From the human T2T-CHM13v2.0 reference genome, Homo sapiens: a stretch of 64,000 nucleotides of DNA. Numbering within the stretch: position 1 is the stretch's first letter; every line of letters starts with the position of its first letter. A model generated the notes under the pieces. It searched no databases, had not been told where the DNA came from, and worked only from the letters and a program-made list of their open reading frames with translations. The translations under genes and the position numbers were made by a program. Of this stretch, positions 56,615-64,000 are shown in pieces. The DNA lies in assembly GCF_009914755.1 (NCBI RefSeq), contig NC_060925.1, one strand, 5' to 3'.

Positions 56615-59600
56615 GTCTGAATATCCACTTGCAGACTTTACAAACAGAGTGTTTCCTAACTGCTCTATGAAAAGAAAAGTTAAACTCTGTGAGTTGAACG
56701 CACACATCACAAAGGAGTTTATGAGAATCATTCTGTCTAGTCTTTATACGAAGATATTTCCTTTTCTACCATTGACCTCAAAGCGGCTGAAATCTCCACT
56801 TGCAAATTCCACAAAAAGAGTGTTTCAAGTCTGCTCTGTGTAAAGGATCGTTCAACTCTGTGAGTTGAATACACACAACACAAGGAAGTTACTGAGAATT
56901 CTTCTGTCTAGCAGAATATGAAGAAATCCCGTTTCCAACGAAGGCCTCAAAGAGGTCTGAATATCCACTTGCAGACTTTACAAACAGAGTGTTTCCTAAC
57001 TGCTCTATGAAAAGAAAGGTTAAACTCTGTGAGTTGAATGCACACATCACAAAGGAGTTTATGAGAATCATTCTGTCTAATTTCTATAAGAAGATATTTC
57101 CTATTCTACCATTAAAATCAAAGCGGCTGAAATCTCCACTTGCAAATTCGACAAAAAGAGTGTTTCAAGCCTGCTCTCTGAAAAGGATCCTTCAACTCGG
57201 TGAGTTGAATACACACAACACAAGGAAGTTACTGAGAATTATTCTGTCTAGCATAATATGAAGAAATCCCGTTTCCAACGAAGGCCTCAAATAGGTCTGA
57301 ATATCCACTTGCAGACTTTACAAACAGAGTGTTTCCTAACTGCTCTATGAGAAGAAAAGTTAAACTCTGTGAGTTGAACGCACACATCACAAAAGATTTT
57401 CTGAGAATCATTCTGTCTAGTCTTTATATGAAGATAGTTTCCTTTTCTACCATTGACCTCAAAGCGGCTGAAATCTCCACTTGCAAATTCCACAAAAAGA
57501 GTGTTTCAAGTCTGCTCTGTGTAAAGGATCGTTCAACTCTGTGAGTTGAATACACACAACACAAGGAAGTTACTGAGAATTCTTCTGTCTAGCAGAATAT
57601 GAAGAAATCCCGTTTCCAACGAAGGCCACAAGATGTCAGAATATCCACTTGCAGACTTTACAAACAGAGTGTTTCCTAACTGCTCTATGAACAGAAAGGT
57701 TAAACTCTGTGAGTTGAACGAACACATCACAACGCAGTTTGTGGGAATGATTCTGTCTAGTTTTGAAACGAAGATATTTCCTTTTCTGCCGTTGACCTTA
57801 AAGCGCTTGAAATCTACACTTGCAAATTGCACAAATAGAGTGTTTCAAATCTGCTCTGTCTAAGGGAACGTTCAACTCTGTGAGTTGAATGCACACAACA
57901 CAAGGAAGTTACTGGGAATTCTTCTGTCTACCCTTACATGAAAAAAACCCGTTTCCAACGAAGGCCTCTAAGTGGTCAAAATATCCACGTGCAGACTTTA
58001 CAAACAGAGTGTTTCCAAACCGCTGAATGAAAAGAAAAGTTAAACTCTGAGAGTTGAACGCACACATCACGCAGCAGTTTCTGAGAATGATTCTGTCTAG
58101 TTTTTATACGAAGATATTTCCTTTTCGGCCTTTGGCCCCAAAGCGCTTGAAATCTCCACTTGCAAATTCCACAAAAACAGTGTTTCAAATCTGCTCTCTC
58201 TACATGAAAGTTCAACTCTGTCAGTTGAATACACACAACACAAGGAAGTTACTGAGAATTCTTCTATCTAGCATAATATGAAGAAATCCCGTTTCCAACG
58301 AAGGCCTCAAAGGGGTCTGAATATCCACTTGCAGACTTTATAAACAGAGTGTTTACTAACTGCTCTATGAAAAGAAAGGTTAAACTCTGTGAGTTGAACA
58401 CACACATCACAAAGGAGTTTCTGAGAATCATTCTGTCTAGTTTTTCTACGAAGATATTTCCTTTTCTACTATTGACCTCAAAGCGGCTGAAATCTCCACT
58501 TGCAAATTCCACAAAAAGAATGTTTCAAGTCTGCTCTGTGTAAAGGATCGTTCAACTCTGGGAGTTGAATACACACAACACAAGGAAGTTACTGAGAATT
58601 ATTCTGTCTAGCATAATATGAAGAAATCCCGTTTCCAACGAAGGCCTCAAAGAGGTCTGAATATCCACTTGCAGACTTTACAAACAGAGTGTTTCCTAAC
58701 TGCTCTATGAAAAGAAAAGTTAAACTCTGTGAGTTGAACGCACACATCACAAAGGAGTTTATGAGAATCATTCTGTCTAGTCTTTATACGAAGATATTTC
58801 CTTTTCTACCATTGACCTCAAAGCGGCTGAAATCTCCACTTGCAAATTCCACAAAAAGAGTGTTTCAAGTCTGCTCTGTGTAAAGGATCGTTCAACTCTG
58901 TGAGTTGAATACACACAACACAAGGAAGTTACTGAGAATTCTTCTGTCTAGCAGAATATGAAGAAATCCCGTTTCCAACGAAGGCCTCAAGGAGGTCTGA
59001 ATATCCACTTGCAGACTTTACAAACAGAGTGTTTCCTAACTGCTCTATGAACAGAAAGGTTAAACTCTGTGAGTTTAACGCACACATCACAAAGGAGTTT
59101 CTGAGAATCATTCTGTCTAGTCTTCATACGAAGATATTTACTTTTCTACCATTGACCTCAAAGCGGCTGAAATCTCCACTTGCAAATTCCACAAAAAGAG
59201 TGTTTCAAGTCTGCTCTGTGTAAAGGATCATTCAACTCTGTGAGTTGAATAAACACAACACAAGGAAGTTACTGAGAATTCTTCTCTCTAGCAGAATATG
59301 AAGAAATCCCGTTTCCAACGAAGGCCTCAAGGAGGTCTGAATATCCACTTGCAGACTTTACAAACAGAGTGTTTCCTAACTGCTCTATGAACAGAAAGGT
59401 TAAACTCTGTGAGTTGAACGCACACATCACAAAGGAGTTTATGAGAATCATTCTGTCTAGTTTCTATAAGAAGATATTTCCTATTCTACCATTGACCTCA
59501 AAGCGGCTGAAATCTCCACTTGCAAATTCGACAAAAAGAGTGTTTCAAGCCTGCTCTCTGTAAAGGATCCTTCAACTCTGTGAGTTGAATACACACAACA

Positions 59601-62600
59601 GAAGGAAGTTACTGAGAATTATTCTGTCTAGCATAATATGAAGAAATCCCGTTTCCAACGAAGGCCTCAAAGAGGTCTGAATATCCACTTGCAGACTTTA
59701 CAAACAGAGTGTTTCCTAACTGCTCTATGAGAAGAAAAGTTAAACTCTGTGAGTTGAACGCACACATCACAAAAGATTTTCTGAGAATCATTCTGTCTAG
59801 TCTTTATATGAAGATAGTTTCCTTTTCTACCATTGACCTCAAAGCGGCTGAAATCTCCACTTGCAAATTCCACAAAAAGAGTGTTTCAAGTCTGCTCTGT
59901 GTAAAGGATCGTTCAACTCTGTGAGTTGAATACACACAACACAAGGAAGTTACTGAGAATTCTTCTGTCTAGCAGAATATGAAGAAATCCCGTTTCCAAC
60001 GAAGGCCACAAGATGTCAGAATATCCACTTACAGACTTTACAAACAGAGTGTTTCCTAACTGCTCTATGAACAGAAAGGTTAAACTCTGTGAGTTGAACG
60101 AACACATCACAACGCAGTTTGTGGGAATGATTCTGTCTAGTTTTGAAACGAAGATATTTCCTTTTCTGCCGTTGACCTTAAAGCGCTTGAAATCTACACT
60201 TGCAAATTGCACAAATAGAGTGTTTCAAATCTGCTCTGTCTAAGGGAACGTTCAACTCTGTGAGTTGAATGCACACAACACAAGGAAGTTACTGGGAATT
60301 CTTCTGTCTAGCCTTACATGAAAAAAAACCGTTTCCAACGAAGGCCTCTAAGTGGTCAAAATATCCACGTGCAGACTTTACAAACAGAGTGTTTCCAAAC
60401 CGCTGAATGAAAAGAAAAGTTAAACTCTGAGAGTTGAACGCACACATCACGCAGCAGTTTCTGAGAATGATTCTGTCTAGTTTTTATACGAAGATATTTC
60501 CTTTTCTGCCTTTGGCCCCAAAGCGCTTGAAATCTCCACTTGCAAATTCCACAAAAACAGTGTTTCAAATCTGCTCTCTCTAAATGAAAGTTCAACTCTG
60601 TCAGTTGAATACACACAACACAAGGAAGTTACTGAGAATTCTTCTGTCTAGCATAATATGAAGAAATCCCATTTCCAACGAAGGCCTCAAAGGGGTCTGA
60701 ATATCCACTTGCAGACTTTATAAACAGAGTGTTTACTAACTGCTCTATGAAAAGAAAGGTTAAACTCTGTGAGTTGAACACACACATCACAAAGGAGTTT
60801 CTGAGAATCATTCTGTCTAGTTTTTCTACGAAGATATTTCCTTTTCTACTATTGACCTCAAAGCGGCTGAAATCTCCACTTGCAAATTCCACAAAAACAG
60901 TGTTTCAAGTCTGCTCTGTGTAAAGGATCGTTCAACTCTGTGAGTTGAATACACACAACACAAGGAAGTTACTGAGAATTCTTCTGTCTAGCAGAATATG
61001 AAGAAATCCCGTTTCCAACGAAGGCCTCAAGGAGGTCTGAATATCCACTTGCAGACTTTACAAACAGAGTGTTTCCTAACTGCTCTATGAACAGAAAGGT
61101 TAAACTCTGTGAGTTGAACGCACACATCACAAAGGAGTTTCTGAGAATCATTCTGTCTAGTCTTTATACGAAGATATTTACTTTTCTACCATTGACCTCA
61201 AAGCGGCTGAAATCTCCACTTGCAAATTCCACAAAAAGAGTGTTTCAAGTCTGCTCTGTGTAAAGGATCATTCAACTCTGTGAGTTGAATAAACACAACA
61301 CAAGGAAGTTACTGAGAATTCTTCTGTCTAGCAGAATATGAAGAAATCCCGTTTCCAACGAAGGCCTCAAGGAGGTCTGAATATCCACTTGCAGACTTTA
61401 CAAACAGAGTGTTTCCTAACTGCTCTATGAAAAGAAAGGTTAAACTCTGTGAGTTGAACGCACACATCACAAAGGAGTTTATGAGAATCATTCTGTCTAG
61501 TCTTTATACGAAGATATTTCCTTTTCTACCATTGACCTCAAAGCGGCTGAAATCTCCACTTGCAAATTCCACAAAAAGAGTGTTTCAAGTCTGCTCTGTG
61601 TAAAGGATCGTTCAACTCTGTGAGTTGAATACACACAACACAAAGAAGTTACTGAGAATTCTTCTGTCTAGCAGAATAGGAAGAAATCCCGTTTCCAACG
61701 AAGGCCTCAAAGAGGTCTGAATATCCACTTGCAGACTTTACAAACAGAGTGTTTCCTAACTGCTCTATGAAAAGAAAAGTTAAACTCTGTGAGTTGAACG
61801 CACACATCACAAAGGAGTTTCTGAGAATCGTTCTGTCTAGTTTCTATAGGAAGATATTTCCTATTCTACCATTGACCTCAAAGCGGCTGAAATCTCCACT
61901 TGCAAATTCCACAAAAAGAATGTTTCAAGTCTGCTCTGTGTAAAGGATCGTTCAACTCTGTGAGTTGAATACACACAACACAAGGAAGTTACTGAGAATT
62001 ATTCTGTCTAGCATAATATGAAGAAATCCCGTTTCCAACGAAGGCCTCAAAGAGGTCTGAATATCCACTTGCAGACTTTACAAACAGAGTGTTTCCTAAC
62101 TGCTCTATGAAAAGAAAAGTTAAACTCTGTGAGTTGAACGCACACATCACAAAGGAGTTTATGAGAATCATTCTGTCTAGTCTTTATACGAAGATATTTC
62201 CTTTTCTACCATTGACCTCAAAGCGGCTGAAATCTCCACTTGCAAATTCCACAAAAAGAGTGTTTCAAGTCTGCTCTGTGTAAAGGATCGTTCAACTCTG
62301 TGAGTTGAATACACACAACACAAGGAAGTTACTGAGAATTCTTCTGTCTAGCAGAATATGAAGAAATCCCGTTTCCAACGAAGGCCTCAAGGAGGTCTGA
62401 ATATCCACTTGCAGACTTTACAAACAGAGTGTTTCCTAACTGCTCTATGAACAGAAAGGTTAAACTCTGTGAGTTGAACGCACACATCACAAAGGAGTTT
62501 CTGAGAATCATTCTGTCTAGTCTTTATACGAAGATATTTACTTTTCTACCATTGACCTCAAAGCGGCTGAAATCTCCACTTGCAAATTCCACAAAAAGAG

Positions 62601-64000
62601 TGTTTCAAGTCTGCTCTGTGTAAAGGATCATTCAACTCTGTGAGTTGAATAAACACAACACAAGGAAGTTACTGAGAATTCTTCTGTCTAGCAGAATATG
62701 AAGAAATCCCGTTTCCAACGAAGGCCTCAAGGAGGTCTGAATATCCACTTGCAGACATTACAAACAGAGTGTTTCCTAACTGCTCTATGAAAAGAAAGGT
62801 TAAACTCTGTGAGTTGAACGCACACATCACAAAGCAGTTTATGAGAATCATTCTGTCTAGTTTCTATAAGAAGATATTTCCTATTCTACCATTGACCTCA
62901 AAGCGGCTGAAATCTCCACTTGCAAATTCGACAAACAGAGTGTTTCAAGCCTGCTCTCTGTAAAGGATCCTTCAACTCTGTGAGTTGAATACACACAACA
63001 CAAGGAAGTTACTGAGAATTATTCTGTCTAGCATAATATGAAGAAATCCCGTTTCCAACGAAGGCCTCAAAGAGGTCTGAATATCCACTTGCAGACTTTA
63101 CAAACAGAGTGTTTCCTAACTGCTCTATGAGAAGAAAAGTTAAACTCTGTGAGTTGAACGCACACATCACAAAAGATTTTCTGAGAATCATTCTGTCTAG
63201 TCTTTATATGAAGATAGTTTCCTTTTCTACCATTGACCTCAAAGCGGCTGAAATCTCCACTTGCAAATTGCACAAAAAGAGTGTTTCAAGTCTGCTCTGT
63301 GTAAAGGATCGTTCAACTCTGTGAGTTGAATACACACAACACAAGGAAGTTACTGAGAATTCTTCTGTCTAGCAGAATATGAAGAAATCCCGTTTCCAAC
63401 GAAGGCCACAAGATGTCAGAATATCCACTTACAGACTTTACAAACAGAGTGTTTCCTAACTGCTCTATGAACAGAAAGGTTAAACTCTGTGAGTTGAACG
63501 AACACATCACAACGCAGTTTGTGGGAATGATTCTGTCTAGTTTTGAAACGAAGATATTTCCTTTTCTGCCGTTGACCTTAAAGCGCTTGAAATCTACACT
63601 TGCAAATTGCACAAATAGAGTGTTTCAAATCTGCTCTGTCTAAGGGAACGTTCAACTCTGTGAGTTGAATGCACACAACACAAGGAAGTTACTGGGAATT
63701 CTTCTGTCTAGCCTTACATGAAAAAAAACCCGTTTCCAACGAAGGCCTCTAAGTGGTCAAAATATCCACGTGCAGACTTTACAAACAGAGTGTTTCCAAA
63801 CCGCTGAATGAAAAGAAAAGTTAAACTCTGAGAGTTGAACGCACACATCACGCAGCAGTTTCTGAGAATGATTCTGTCTAGTTTTTATACGAAGATATTT
63901 CCTTTTCTGCCCTTGGCCCCAAAGCGCTTGAAATCTCCACTTGCAAATTCCACAAAAACAGTGTTTCAAATCTGCTCTCTCTACATGAAAGTTCAACTCT

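Larger units (their letters stand above)
1..64000 (-). repeat. Alpha-satellite (alphoid) array, SF1 J1/J2 dimeric type; probably live HOR array S1C1/5/19H1L (D1Z7/D5Z2/D19Z3)
   Basis: Seen: 340-bp period throughout (GAATTC at 120, 460, ...; ORF track repeats every 340 bp). Each unit has two related ~170-bp halves sharing AACTCTGTGAGTTGAA...TTCTGTCTAG...CCACTTGCA...AGAGTGTTTC. Established: a 340-bp EcoRI dimer with a CENP-B box in every second monomer is the SF1 hallmark, and near-identical dimer expansions inside a 6-mer HOR typify the chr1/5/19 array. The subfamily call is recognition, not a database result (about 0.8); the alphoid call is essentially certain. Confidence 0.98.
75..64000. other. 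Short dyad symmetry TTCAACTC-TGT-GAGTTGAA, perfect or near-perfect in most monomers
   Basis: TTCAACTC and GAGTTGAA are exact reverse complements around a 3-nt loop (e.g. 415-433). The alternate monomer has GTTAAACTC-TGT-GAGTTGAAC with one mismatch. Confidence 0.85.

Noticed and set aside
113-63996. Hundreds of 60-121 aa ORFs on both strands (MFPNCSM..., MILRNSF..., MQFASVD..., MCIQLTE...)
   Set aside because: They recur at the 340-bp satellite period, overlap on opposite strands, and are opened or closed by random SNVs. Many use non-ATG starts and none shows a recognisable domain. They are translation artefacts of alphoid DNA; I used them only as dimer-type barcodes.
1-64000. CRISPR-like or cassette-shuffling (antigenic variation/DGR-like) array
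   Set aside because: There are no unique spacers, and the whole unit is conserved. No cas, recombinase or reverse transcriptase gene is present. The variation is explained by satellite turnover.
1-64000. Embedded Alu/L1, non-alphoid insert or inversion
   Set aside because: The 340-bp ORF periodicity and box orientation never break. The largest length anomalies seen are 1-4 bp.
1-64000. Assigning the window to chr1, chr5 or chr19, or to the kinetochore (CENP-A/CDR) site
   Set aside because: The three arrays share this HOR family, and kinetochore position is epigenetic. It needs alignment to T2T assemblies and methylation or CENP-A data.

Overview
The entire 64 kb window is uninterrupted, single-orientation primate (human-type) centromeric alpha-satellite DNA. 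It is a ~340-bp dimer of two ~170-bp monomers repeated about 188 times. Each dimer carries one CENP-B-box position (read on the - strand) and one pJalpha/A-box position. This is suprachromosomal family 1 (J1/J2) and looks like the shared chr1/5/19 live array (D1Z7/D5Z2/D19Z3, S1C1/5/19H1L); I cannot assign the chromosome. I see no genes, RNA genes, CRISPR array or transposon insertion, and all ORFs in the track are by-products of the repeat. I found no new protein-coding system. The interest lies in array architecture. About seven recognisable dimer types (my labels A-G) form higher-order repeats of variable length (6- to 20-mers). There are four recent tandem duplications (3400, 2381, 6461, 5101 bp) plus a partial 2036-bp one. 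A central haplotype block appears to split older flanks. Other features are hybrid dimers at junctions, a recurrent 4-bp deletion, and about 17 CENP-B boxes with hits in essential bases, often in adjacent pairs. All counts and alignments were made by eye with help from the ORF track and need computational confirmation.
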